Below are positions 39,344 through 51,464 of a stretch of 64,000 nt of DNA, in pieces. The DNA is from Mobula hypostoma (taxonomy: Eukaryota). The DNA is taken from contig NC_086097.1 of NCBI RefSeq assembly GCF_963921235.1, forward strand, positions 95,048,001-95,112,000, written 5' to 3'. A program made the position numbers and the translations under genes. Each line of letters begins with the position of its first letter. The first letter of the stretch is position 1. Below the pieces are notes generated by a model that saw nothing but the letters and a program-made list of their open reading frames with translations, searched no databases and had not been told where the DNA came from.

Positions 39344-40815
39344 CAGAATCAGATTTAATATCACCAGTATATGTCGTGAAATTTGTTAACTTTACGGCAG
39401 CAGTAAAATGAAATACATCATAAATACACATATAGAGAGAAAAAACTGAGTTACAGTAAGTATATGTAGAAGTTAATTAAATAGTTAAGTTAAAATAAGT
39501 AGTGCAAAAAAGCAGAAATAAAAAAAAAAGTAGTGAGGTAGTGTTCATGGGTTCAATGTCCATTCAGAAATCAGGTGGTAGAGGGGAAGAAACTGTTCCC
39601 GAATCGCTGAGTGTGTGCCTTCAGGCTTCTGTATCCCCTTCCCGATGGTAATAGTGTGAAAAGGGCATGTCCTCAGTGGTGAGAATCCTTAATGATGGAC
39701 ACCACCTTCCTAAGGCACTGCTCCTTGAAGTTGGCTTGGATACTATGGAGGCTGGTACCCACGAGAAAGATGACTAATTTTACAAGTTTCTGGGACTTAT
39801 TTTGATCTTGTGCAGGAGCACCCCTCCCCAATACCAGATAGTGATGTAGTCAGAATGCTCTCAATGGTACACTTGTATAAGTTTTTGAGTGTCTTAGTTG
39901 ACAAACTAAATCTTCTCAAACTCCTAATGAAATATAGCCTCTGTCTTGCCTCCTTTATAGCTGCATCAACGTGTTGAGTCCAGGTTAGGTCCTCAGAGAT
40001 ACTGACACCTAGGAACTTGAAAATTGCTCACCCTCTCCACTTCTGATCCCTCTACAAGGATTAGTTTGTGTTCCCTCATCCTACCATTCCTGAAGTCCAC
40101 AATCAGCTCCACAATCAGTCTTGCTGAAGTTTGGTGCAAGACTGTTGCTGTGACACCACTCAAGTAACTGATAAATCTCGCTCCCGTACGCTCTTTCGTC
40201 ACCATCTGAAATTCTGCCAACAATGGCTGTATCATTAGCAAATTTATAGATGGCATTTGAACTATGCCTACCCACATAGTCATGGATGTAGAGAGAGTAG
40301 AGCAGGGGGCAAAGCACACATCCTTGTGCAGCACCAGTATTAATTGTCAGTGAGGTGGAGATGTTATTTCCAATCTACATAGATTGTGGTCTTACGGTTA
40401 GGAAGTTGAGGATCCACTTACAGAGGGAGGTACAAAGGCCTAGGTTCTGTGGCTTTTCAATCAGGACTGTAGGAATGATAGAGTTAAATGCTGAGCTATA
40501 GTTAATAAACAGCATCCTGACATAGGTATTTGCATTGTCCAGGTGATCCAAGGCTACGTGGACAGTCATTGGGATCGTGTCTGCTGTAGATCTTTCGTGA
40601 CAATAGGCAAATTATAGCGGGTCCAGGTTCTTCCTGAGACAGGTGTTGATTCTAGCCATGACCAACCTCTCAAAACATTTCATCACTGTAGATGTGAGTG
40701 CTACTGGATGATAGAAATTGAGGCAACTCACGCTGCTCTTCTTGGGCACTGGTATAATTGTTGTTCTTCTGTAGCAGTGAAGGATTGAAAATATTTTTGA
40801 ATACTTTGAAAAATT
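39344..40815 (-). mobile_element. Rex1/Babar LINE RT-to-3' fragment
   Basis: [41 protein letters not shown]; (ATTCTG)-type tail at 39344. Confidence 0.9.
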
Positions 40816-41068
40816 ACATTGGGAACATCAGGTTGGTGCTGGATCCCAAGAGAGGGAATTTGTAGAATGCCTACAAGATGGCTCTTTAGAGCAGCTTGTG
40901 GTTGTGCCCACTAGAGAAAGAGCAATTCTGGATTGGGTGTTGGGTAATGAACCAGATTTGATTAGGGAGCTTAAAGTAAGAAAACCCACAAGGAGGTGGT
41001 CATCATAATATGATAGAAATAACTGCAGTTTCAGAGGAAAAAGCTAAAATCATTTGAATCAGTATTGA

Positions 41069-41915
41069 ATTGAACTAAATTGATCGTATTTCTTACATCC
41101 TTCACATACATGAGGAGTAAAAAGCTTTACCTTAAGTCTCCATCTAAATGTGCAATGTGCAATCATAGTAAATAAAACTGTTAATGTAATATAGAGTACA
41201 CTCGGAGTCTGATGGTCTGGTGGAAGAAGCTGGTGGTCCTGGCTTTTATCATTTCCTGGATGGTCCCCAATAATCCTTCAGGCCCTTTTAAATATCCTGA
41301 ATCATGGGAAGTTCACAACTACAGATGCGCTGGGCTGTCCGCACCACTCTCTGCAGAGTCCTGCGATTAAGCGAGCCATACTAGGCAGTGATGCAGCCAG
41401 TCAGGATGCTCTCAATTGTGCCCCCATAGAAAGTTCTTAGGATTTGGGGGTCCATACCAAACTTCCTCAACCACCTGAGGTGAAACATACGCCTTTTTCA
41501 CCACACAGCTGATGTGTACAGACCAAGTGAGATCCTCGGTGATGTGGATGCCGAGGAACTTACAGCTGTTCACCCTCTCAACCCCAATCCATTGATGTCA
41601 ATAGGGGTTAGCCCGTCTTCATTCCTTCTGTAATCCACAACCAGTTGCTTTGTTTTTGTGACATTGAGGGACAGGTTGTTTTCTTGACACCAGTGTGTCA
41701 GAGAAATGACTTCTTTCCTGTAGGCCACCTCGTTATTGTTTGAGATAAGGCCAATCAATGTAGTGTCGTCGGCAAATTTAATTAGCACATTAGAGCTGTG
41801 GGTGGCGACACAGTCATGGATATACAGGGAGTAAAGGAGGGGACTTGGTACACAGCCCTGAGGGGCTCCTGTATGGAGAATCAGAGGGGTGGAAGTGAGG
41901 GAGCCCACCTCCACT
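41069..41915 (-). mobile_element. Rex1/Babar LINE fragment
   Basis: [40 protein letters not shown]; tail at 41069. Confidence 0.9.
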
Positions 41916-42489
41916 TTACAATGGAGTAAAGGGATGAGAGGAGCTGGCTAAAGTTGATTGGAAGGGGACACTATCAGGAATGATAACAGAACAGCAATGG
42001 CTGGAGTCATTGGGGACAATTCAGAAGGTGCAGGATAGATGCATCCAAAGAAAAAGTATTCCAAAGGGAGGATGACGCAACCGTGGCTAACAAAATACAA
42101 TGTAAAACTAAAGGAGATGGCATATAATAGAACAAAAATTAGTAGGAAACTAGAGGATTGGAAAGTTTCTTAAAACTAACAGAAGCTAACTAAAAATGCC
42201 ATAAGGAGAGAAAAGATACAATATGAAGGTAAGCTAAAAGAGATACCAGAAGTTTTCTCAGATACACAGTCCAGTATAAAGAGTGAAAGAGGGGTGAGAG
42301 TGGATATCGTATTGCTGGAAAATGATGCTGATGAGGTAGTAATGGGGAACAAAATAATGGCAGAAGAACCTAATACGTATTTTGCATCAGTCTTCACTGT
42401 GGAAAACTGTGTAGAAGTGAGTGTTGTTGCTATTACTAAGGAGAAGGTGCTTGGGAAGCTGAAAGTTCTGAAGGTAGGTAAGTCACCTC

Positions 42490-43165
42490 TAGCTCCATAG
42501 GAGTTTGTGAAGATTCGGCATAACATCTAAAACTTTGATAAACTTCTATCTATGTGTAGTGGAGAGTATACTGCATTACAGACTGGTATGGAAACATCAA
42601 TGCCCTTGAATGGAATATCCTGCAAAAAGTAGTGTATACGGCCCAGTCCATCATGGGTAAAGCCCTTCCCATCATTGAGCACATCTACTCTAAGCATTGT
42701 TGGAGGAAAGCAGCATCCATCATCAGGGATCCCCGCTACACAGGACACACTCTCTTCTTACTGCTACCATCAAGAAGGTGGCACAGGAGCTTCAGGACTC
42801 ACATCACCAAGTTCAGGGATAGTTATTACCCTTCAACCATCAGGTTCTTCAATCAAAGGGGATAACTTCACTCAACTTCACTTGCCTCATCATTGAAATG
42901 TTCTCACAACCTATGGACTCACTTTCAAAGACACTTCATCTCATATCCTCAATATTTATTGCTTATTTGTTTATTATTTTTATTTATTCCTTTTTGTACC
43001 TGCACAGCTTGTTGTCTTTTGCAGACTGGTTGAACGCCCAAGTTGGTGCGATCCTTCATTGATTCTGTTATGGTTATTATTCTATTATGGATTTATTGCG
43101 TATGCCAGCAAGACATTGAATCTCAGGGTTGTATATGGTGATAATAAATTTACTTTGAACTTTGA
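42490..43165 (+). mobile_element. Rex1/Babar LINE 3' fragment
   Basis: AQSIMGKALPIIEHIY..LLPSRRWHRSFRTHITKFRDSYYPSTIR; tail ACTTTGAACTTTGA. Confidence 0.85.
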
Positions 43166-44039
43166 AGAGCATGCTTTATTCATTCACAAATGTTTGCACT
43201 GCCAGTAAGGTGAGCATTCAATGCACGTCTTCCTGTGGTAAACCTGGGCAACCAATAAGGTGAGCCGTTTCAAAAGAAAGTTAAGCGTTAACCATATTGC
43301 AGAGTTCTATGTGTACACCAGAAGAGTTGCGACCTCCATTGCTCCCCCAATTTGTTTTTAACCTGGTCAAAAAGGCAAGATTAGCTACACAGCTCCTATT
43401 CCACTATGACTACACAACAGTTGTACAATTTTCACATTGCTATGCATCTGGGTGTTTATGTACAAGCAGACTAGGTCAACTCTGCAGGCTTCCTCCCTGA
43501 AGAACATTACTCAGCCAGATTGCCTTTTTTATGAGTCATGGCCACCTTCACTGATAGCAGCTTTTTAGCTCTAGAGTTTAATTAATGAATGCCCCAGCTG
43601 CTGTTATTGGATCTGAACTAAATCCTCCGGATAATTAGTTCAGGCCTTTGAATGTAACCACTATCCTACTGTTCCATGTTCTTATTAAATGCCATATCAG
43701 GTTCAGAGGGCTGTTTGGCTGCTTCTGCTCATATTCGTATGCCACTGAAGTTGCAGTGAACCATTGGGAGAGCAACCTTTGAAGTAAACCAAGCTCTGCT
43801 ATTTAGATTAATATACTCCCACATTGTTTGTAGAGTAGCAGAGAAATTCTCCTTCAATTGCCTACCTTTCAAATTTTGTCAGTCAAGCACTTTACCTTAG
43901 TTGTTACCTCTCTACTATGGGGGCCTTGCTTTCTGCAAATTGCTGAATGCATTGTTCATATCATCATGGTTATCACAATGCTTGCAAAAGCCTTTGGATA
44001 TCCCTAGGTCATGAAAGATGCTGTACCTATTCAAGTAAC

Positions 44040-44161
44040 GCACACAAAATGCTGGGAGATCTCAGCAGGCCAGGCAGCATTTATGGAAAAAAGTACAGTT
44101 GGGCCAAAACGTACTTCTTTTTTTCCTATAGACGCTGCCTGGCCTGCTGAGTTCCTCCAGC

Positions 44162-44221
<60 letters not shown>

Positions 44222-44258
44222 GCTTGGATTTGCAGCATCTGGAGATTTTCTCTTGTTT
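44040..44258 (+). mobile_element. Fold-back Penelope-terminus-derived insertion containing an expanded (TG)n microsatellite
   Basis: Inverted arms CACACAAAATGCTGG..CTCAGCAGGCCAGGCAGCAT / GCTGCCTGGCCTGCTGAGTTCCTCCAGCATTGTGTG. Confidence 0.85.
44164..44220. repeat. (TG)n microsatellite
   Basis: Perfect dinucleotide run. Confidence 0.98.
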
Positions 44259-44856
44259 GTACCAATTCAAGTTATTGCTTTCTGTCAACTTAGTTGATTA
44301 GTTCCAGACTTCCAACATCCGGTGATTTTGGTACCACCCTCTGATGTCCATACTCATAGAAAGCTGTTCACTTAACACAACATTGTAAATACTTTCATCT
44401 GTGGACAACTTCAGTGAGGATATTCTGACAGCAATTGCTAATGGCGCTCTAAGTCCCCAAACAACTTTAAAGATAGTCAACAAATAATATTTAACATCAA
44501 AATTGTAATATTTATGGTCATATTTGCAAATTGGTGCAGGGGTAAATAGGCCATTTTCAGGTTGGCAAGCTATGACTGTGGGCTGCCACCAGCATCAGGG
44601 CTGCAGCCTCAGATATTTCCATATTTTTCCGTAAGATCTTGTATAAAAGGAGAGACAGTCACCATTGATTTGTCTGACTAACTTCATAGAATATTTCCAG
44701 GAGGTACTGTAAGAAGTGTTAATGAGGACAGTATATGTGATGCTGTATACATGAATTCTAGTTAAGCAACTGACAAAATCACACATTGGACCTCTTATTT
44801 AAAAAGGGATATATAGTACCATTAGAAGCAGTCCAAAGAAGATTCACTAAGATAAC

Positions 44857-45600
44857 ACTTCACCTGTGAGTTGGCTGGGGTGATATACTGCGTCCGGTGC
44901 TCCCGATGTGGCCTTTTATATATTGGCGAGACCCGACGCAGACTGGGAGACCGCTTTGCTGAACATCTACGCTCTGTCCTCCAGAGAAAGCAGGATCTCC
45001 CAGTGGCCACACATTTTAATTCCACATCCCATTCCCATTCTGACATGTCTATCCACGGCCTCCTCTACTATAAAGATGAAGCCACACTCAGGTTGGAGGA
45101 ACAACACCTTATATTCCGTCTGGGTAGCCTCCAACCTGATGGCATGAACATCGACTTCTCTAACTTCCGCTAATGCCCCAACTCCCCCTCGTACCCCATC
45201 TGTTAATTATTTTTATACACACATTCTTTCTCTCACTCTCCTTTTTCTCCCTCTGTCCATCTGAATATATCCCTTACCCATCCTCTGGGTCCCCCCCCCT
45301 TGTCTTTCTTCCCAGATCTCCTGTCCCATGATCCTCTCGTATCCCTTTTGCCAATCACCTGTCCAGCTCTTGGCTCCATCCCTCCCCCTCCTGTCTTCTC
45401 CTATCATTTTGGATCTCCCCCTCCCCCTCCAACTTTCAAATCCCTTACTCACTCTTCCTTCAGTTAGTCCTGACGAAGGGTCTCGGCCCGAAACGTCGAC
45501 TGTACCTCTTCCTAGAGATGCTGCCTGGCCTGCTGCGTTCACCAGCAACTTTGATGTGTGTTGCTTGAATTTCCAGCATCTGCAGAATTCCTGTTGTTTG
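44857..45600 (+). mobile_element. Young 5'-truncated Penelope-like element: intact GIY-YIG domain plus 3' terminus
   Basis: GVIYCVRCSRCGLLYIGETRRRLGDRFAEHLRSV...RLEEQHLIFRLGSLQPDGMNIDF*. TSD TCACTAAGATAAC (44844-44856) / TCACTAAGGTAAC (45601-45613). Confidence 0.95.
45465..45502 (+). ncRNA. Putative minimal type I hammerhead ribozyme (Penelope-associated)
   Basis: TAGTC-CTGACGA-A-GGG TCTCGG CCC-GAAAC-GTC-GACTG: core CUGANGA and GAAA, stem II GGG/CCC, GUC cleavage triplet, helix I TAGTC/GACTG. Confidence 0.75.
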
Positions 45601-46369
45601 TCACTAAGGTAACTCCTGGGATGAGAGGGTTTTTTCTATCAAGAAATCTACGCAATTTGGGTTTGTATGACTTGAGGTTTAGAAAAATGAGGTGTGATAT
45701 ATGATCCTAAGGAGACTGGACAGGGTAGATATTGAGATACTTTCATCGCTCGGGGAGTCACAGGAAAGGGACGTAGTGGTTGGTTACTTAAAACTGAAGT
45801 GCGCAGAAGCTCAGAACAGAGCTAATACTTGGAATACTCTGCCACTGAGGGTGGCAGCTATTGGGAAGGTCAAGGGATTGAAGGAAATTGCCACAGAAGA
45901 GGAACTGAGGCCAGCATAGATCGGCCATGATTATATTGAGTGGTGGAGCAGGCTTGTGGAGGCTGAGTGGGCGACTCCTGCTCCTGTTTTATTATATTCT
46001 TGTGATTGATCAGGAAAGTAAAGCCTAAGCCAGTGGTGGTGAACCTATAGCACATGTGCTCAAGACGGCACACACAAAAATTTTGTTGGCCCTGCCATCC
46101 CATGATTCTTTAAACCCCCACAAATAATAAAAAGATACGTAATGATTAACTTTACTGCCAAATGAAGCAATGGATGTCCGTGTAGGTGGATGGGTTGGAA
46201 AAGTAGTTTGATTTACTGTTGTTATTTTGTTGCATTTTGTACTGTTTTGCTAGGCATTGTGGGCATGCTATGTTAGTGCTGGAATGTGTGGTGACATTTG
46301 CACATCCCCTAGCACATCCTTTGTTGTTAACACAAACTGCATGTTTTGATGGACATGTGATAAATAAAA

Positions 46370-46850
46370 CAACGAAAGTTTACAAGGAAGTTGCTGGGTC
46401 TGAAGGACCTGAGTTATAAGGAAAGATTGAATAAGGTTAGGACTTTATTCCTTGGAATGTAGGAGATTAAGAGGAGAATTAATAGAAGTATACAAAGTTA
46501 TGAGGGCTATAGGTAGGGTAAATGTAAGCAGGCTTTTTCCACTGAGGTTGGGTGCCATTACAACAAGAGGTCATGGGTTAAATGTGAAAGGTGAGAAAGT
46601 TTAAGGACAACATGAGGGGAAACTTCTTCACTCAGAAAGTCTGGAGTGAGCTGCCAGCACAAGTGGTGCATGCGAGCTCGATTTCAATATTTAAGAGAAG
46701 TTTGGATAGGTACATGGATGGTAGGAGTATGGAGGGCTATGGTCCCAGTACAGGTCAATGGGACTAGGCAGTGTAAATAGTCTGGCATGAAATCGATGAG
46801 CCAAAGGGCGTGGTTCTGTGCTGTACTTTTCTATGACGCTATGACTGTAT
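46370..46850 (+). mobile_element. CR1 LINE 3' end
   Basis: GELIEVYKVMRAIGRV..RGHGLNVKG..; tail CTGTGCTGTACTTTTCTATGA. Confidence 0.85.
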
Positions 46851-47149
46851 AAATGGATAAATGAATTATTTTTTTACAATCTGAGAGCAGTGAAATTCTT
46901 TTCACAGCTCATTTTGGACACAAAATTTGGTCAATTGAAAAGCTGAACTAGAATATATGAAAAAGATTGGCTGTCGAAACAATGAACACACATAAATAAA
47001 CAACAGCACTGCTCTCATTTCTCCTTAAAAAAAAGCTCATGCGAGTGAATTTTTTAGAAGATTATCACCAATCTGGCCATATGCTCTCATAAAGAACTGG
47101 CAAACTTTATCTAAGGGAACTAAAGGAAAGAGACACGTTGGCTCAGTGG

Positions 47150-47700
47150 GAGAGTGCAGAGGGTGATGGCTGATGGGTTTTGTGACTGAAAGGCAGTATA
47201 TAAATGATGTGGATTTAGATGTCACAGGTACAATTAAGAAGTTTGCCAGTGATTTGAAGGTTAAAAATGAGGCTGATAGAAAGCTGCAAACTTTAAGATT
47301 ACTGGCAGACCTCTTAACTGTGCGCACAAAGATGCCAAAAAGGATTTTACCTTGCAGAAGTGTTTGGTAACACCAGCTGAAGGATCAAACAAGATGGGGA
47401 ACGCACAGTAAATGGAATGGAATAAGAAGTGTGGAGGAATATAGGGGATTGTGGAGTGGTTGTCCACAGATTCCTCAAGGATAGTAGGAGCAGTGAATAA
47501 GGTGGTTGAGTTAATAAATGGGGATCTTTCCTTTATTGTCCAACGCACAGTATATAAGAGGAGGAAGGCGTGCTAGAACAGTGGAAAACATTGATTAGAT
47601 AATGGCCGAAGGATTGGAGTTCTTGCCACCACACTGTAAAAAGCATGTGATAGATCCAAAAGGATGCAGAGGGGATTTTCCAGGAAGTTGTTGGGGCTAG
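47150..47700 (+). mobile_element. Old CR1 remnant
   Basis: YINDVDLDVTGTIKKFASDLKV RT motif. Confidence 0.6.
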
Positions 47701-47704
47701 AGAA

Positions 47705-48290
47705 CAGTATATAGAACATCTAACAGTACAGCACAGCTAGGCACTTTAGCCCACAATGTTGTGCTGACTTATATAAACCTACTCCATGATCAATCTAATC
47801 CCTCCCTCCCACATAACTGATAATCCTCCACTTTCCTTTCACCTATGTGTCTAAGAGTCACTTAAATGTCCCTAATGTATCGGTCTCTGCCACCACCCCC
47901 AGCATTCCCCATATTTACCAGTCTCTGAAAACAACCTACCTCTGGCCTACCCAAAAATTTCTATGCCTCTCATAATCTTATACCCCTCTTTCAAGTCACC
48001 TCTCAGCCTCCTTCACTCCGAAGAGAAAAGCCCAAGCTTACTCTATCTTTCCTCATGAGATATACTCTCTAACCTGGGCAGCATCCTGGTAAATATCCTC
48101 TGCACTTCCACATCCTTCCCATGATGAGGTGACCAGAACGGAACAAAACACTCCAAGTGTGATCTAGTAGAGTTTTATAGAGTAGCAACATTACCTTGCA
48201 ATTCTTGAACTCAGTCCCTCGACTAATGAGGCCCACAAACCATACGCCTTCTTAACTACCCTATCAACTTGCTCGGCAACCTTGGAACAA
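47705..48290 (-). mobile_element. CR1 LINE 3' fragment
   Basis: QVDRVVKKAYG..; reverse-complement CR1 tail ACAGTACAGCACAG..CACTTTAGCCCACAATG. Confidence 0.8.
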
Positions 48291-48689
48291 ATGACACCCA
48301 GAGAATTAAATGAGTTGTATAAAATAATCAGAGGGCTGGGGGGCGGGGGTGGAATCAAGAAATATTGACTTCCTGTAACAGCAAAGATAATAGTAAGTCG
48401 GAGACTGGAAGTCTTTGTCTGAGAGGGTGGTGTAGGGAGGAACCCAGACCACATCCAAGAATATCTGAATAGTAACTTGGGGATTCACAAACCATAAAGT
48501 AAGAATGGAGAAGAGGGAAGCAGGAGAAATTCAATCCACGTTGAGGCATCTTGGATATATTGGACTAAATGAATTCATCTGTCCAAAATTTACCGCGATT
48601 GTCCTGGTCTTTATGCACATCACTCAGGTAGGCTTCACTAAATCAAAATCTTGGGGACTGGTCATGAATCAAGAGACCAGTAATCTGCT

Positions 48690-49470
48690 CTAGACACGGA
48701 CCGTCTAAGCTCCTCCAATGCAGACACACACCATTTTGCTCCCTACTGTCTGGCTCCAGGGGTGCAGACACCAGCTGTCTGACTCTGCTGGTGTTGATGC
48801 CCGCCATCTGACTCCGCTGGCGCAGACACCTGCTGTCTGATTCCACTGTCACCGATGCCCGCCCTCTGGCTCCCCTGGCGCAGACACCTGCTGTCTGATT
48901 CCACCGTCACCGATGCCCGCCGTCTGGCTCCCCTGGCGCAGATACCTGCTGTCTGATTCCACCGTCATCGACGCCCGCCGTCTGGCTCCGCTGGCGCAGA
49001 CACCTGCTGTCTGATTCCACCGTCATCGACGCCCGCCGTCTGGCTCCGCTGGCGCAGACACCTGCTGTCTGATTCCACCGTCACCGACGCCCGCCGTCTG
49101 GCGCTGCTGGCGCAGACACCTGCTGTCTGATTCCACCGTCACCAACGCCCGCCGTCTGGCTCCCCTGGCGCAGACAGCTGCTGTCTGATTCCACCGTCAG
49201 AGACGCCCGCCGTCTGGCTCCCCTGGCGCAGACACCTGCCACCTGGCTCCAATAGCACAGACACCCGCCATCTGACTCCACTAGCACTGGCTACTGTCTG
49301 GCTTAGTTGCAGATGCCCGCTATTGGACTCCCCTAGCAAAGACACTCTGTCTTATGGCTCCCCTAATGCAGCCCCCCACTGTCTGGCACCCCCAATGCAG
49401 GCGCCCACCATTTTAATATCCATGATGCAGACACTCATTGTCTGGCTATCCCTGATGCAGAGTCCTGTCA
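48690..49470. repeat. Minisatellite: 29-bp monomers with a core of about 8 copies of a 58-bp (A+B) dimer
   Basis: A = GCAGACACCTGCTGTCTGATTCCACCGTC, B = ACCGAYGCCCGCCGTCTGGCTCCSCTGGC. The period is exactly 58 (48820, 48878, 48936, 48994, 49052, 49110, 49168), with degenerate 29-mers on both flanks. Confidence 0.95.
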
Positions 49471-50294
49471 TTTGTTCCACTCAGTTTGGAAGCTGGAAGT
49501 TTCTGGGACAGAGTGGGGAGCGTTAATACAAGATGATATGAGAAATATTCCGAATGCTGGGAAGTGTTTTAAAAGCTTGACTTGTTTGGAAGGCACACAC
49601 AGATGACTTAAGAAAAATATCCCTCTGAGACACGGTTAGAGGTGCATAGAACCATCTGAGTCCTGGCATCGTGTGTGAGAGTGGCAGGGTGCTGGATGAT
49701 GGCTTGGTCTAGTACCTCAGCCCTGTTCTCTTTCAGCCCGTATTTACTTGGCTCTGTCCACCGATTAGCAGAGTTTCTAACTCTGAGATGGATTGCTGGC
49801 ACCTTCCCACCCCATAATAAATGTCAACATTGTGTGCCTCGCTCGCGCTGAGCTTCCTCCTTGCACCTGCTCCTTGCTGTTGTGGAGAACAACCCGACCA
49901 ACCCCGCCCCCCCCATGCAACACACTTCAGTCTCCTATTCAGCTGCACTTTCCCACCCGACTCTGCTGGGGTGGAGCGAGGAGGGAGAGGTCACACGACG
50001 CCACTGCCCTGTTCTCCCTTCTCACGGTGCCTGTGGGCCCTGTTGCTTATTTTGCTGTGAGGCACTTGCTCCAAGGCCTCCGAAGTTCGGCCATCCCATG
50101 CTTTGTTCTCTGCTCTCTTCCCCCACACCCTCCCCCACCCAGGATTACAGCGATCAATACAGGAATTGTGCAAGGCCAAAACAAGGAAAATAGGCCTGAC
50201 TTAAAGCATGAATGCCCTCACTCAATCATCACTGAGTCTTGGCAGTGAATAGAAATACTTGCATAATGGTAGAGTTCCCTTCGGAAGAGAAAGT

Positions 50295-50420
50295 CAGAGA
50301 GAGAAAGTGAGAGAGATTGAGAGAGTGAGAGCGTGAGCTGGTGAGAGAGAGAGAGAGAGAGGGAGAGAGAGAGAGTGAGAGGGAGAGGGAGAGTGTGTGT
50401 GTGTGAGAGAGAGAGAGTGA

Positions 50421-50465
<45 letters not shown>

Positions 50466-50480
50466 TGTGTGTGACAGTGA

Positions 50481-50512
<32 letters not shown>

Positions 50513-50545
50513 GTGAGAGAGAGAGAGAGAATAGAGATAGATAGA
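50295..50545. repeat. Compound (GA)n/(GT)n microsatellite
   Basis: Alternating GA and GT dinucleotide blocks. Confidence 0.97.
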
Positions 50546-51464
50546 GGAAAAGGAAATGGTTCAATTGAAAGTCTTGCATCTTGCCTGTCCTTAATTGCCT
50601 TGAACTGCAGGAGGAATTGAGAAATGAAAGCACTTAAAGGACAACAAATAAAATACTACTTTGACTGCCGTAGAAATACACTCCTACAAGCATTGTTAAT
50701 TAAAAGAGCTCGAGTACAGGCCTCTGAAAGTCTCTGTGGATATCTAATTAGCAATTAAGTTAGAAAAGACAGGACAAGGGCAATTTCCCTGTGAAAAGAG
50801 GTCTCATTTTACTGCCCTGCTCCAGATCCACCCCCACTCTTGCCCCTATCTTCCGTTCACTCTTGGATCTCTGCAGCGTATTGTCAAGTTGCCTCCTTCT
50901 GCACTGTGAAGGACAGGGATATAATGAATGGAGCCACCAGCGGCTGTTTCTCGAGCTTCCCATCGCTGCCTAATCTCCCTGTTGTCTGGCCTCTCAATGC
51001 GGCATGCACTCTGCTCCCTAGGTGACATTTACTTTGATTTTATTTTTGCAACGCAGGGCCTGGGGTAGGGGGATGAGGCCTTTGAGATACAAGAGGAACT
51101 TGGTTCTCAGCTTACTTGCCAGATTCCCAGGCGTGTGGGGAGGTGAGGTCAATCTGCACACCTATGGCAACAACATCTGGATGGCATGCCCTGCATCGAG
51201 ATGATCTCTCTTTGAATAAAATGTGCCACAATCAGCAAAATGCTGAGAGTACTCTGAATCTATTAGGGTGGCAAGGCTCAACTTCGTGCCTTTTCTAACC
51301 ACCCAGAGCAGGGAAATGATTTATTTCCAGACCTTCTCCTGTGCTTTTTGGAAGTGGGGGTTCTGTTTTACATTCTCTCTCAGGGTGCGGACTGCTTTCT
51401 CTGGTTTGCTGACATGGTCCCATGTCAGCTGTTCCTCATGAGCTTGGAAGGAGATTGATGCAAT

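Larger units (their letters stand above)
36960..42490 (+). mobile_element. CR1 LINE 5' half (ORF1 Zn-finger/coiled-coil/esterase and ORF2 endonuclease), interrupted by three insertions
   Basis: ORF1: YICRKCTQLQVL..KLELEL, VVCCPPG.RVQDV, MNEWLWKWCRGQGFRFLDHWD. ORF2 reads continuously across the inserts: [16 protein letters not shown] and SVL|QWSKG. Confidence 0.85.
44520..46000 (+). mobile_element. Old CR1 remnants flanking the Penelope insertion
   Basis: TTTTCAGGTTGGCAAGCTATGAC..; LEAVQRRFT|..PGMRG; CR1-type tail GGAGCAGGCTTGTGGAGGCTGAGTGGGCGACTCCTGCTCCT. Confidence 0.6.

Noticed and set aside
44871..45173. Stand-alone or domesticated GIY-YIG nuclease gene
   Set aside because: It is the 5'-truncated end of a Penelope insertion bounded by a TSD, with no ATG start or promoter evident.
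48690..49470. CRISPR-like array (palindromic 29-bp repeat alternating with 29-bp 'spacers')
   Set aside because: The 'spacers' are near-identical to each other and homologous to the repeat. There are no cas genes and the context is eukaryotic, so it is a dimeric minisatellite.
50229..50633. 134-aa Ser/Leu/His/Thr-rich ORF
   Set aside because: Translation artefact of the GA/GT microsatellite.
50928..51021. Signal-peptide-like exon MEPPAAVSRASHRCLISLLSGLSMRHALCSL
   Set aside because: Weak Kozak context, weak donor (GTGACA), poor hydrophobic core and no recognisable homolog.
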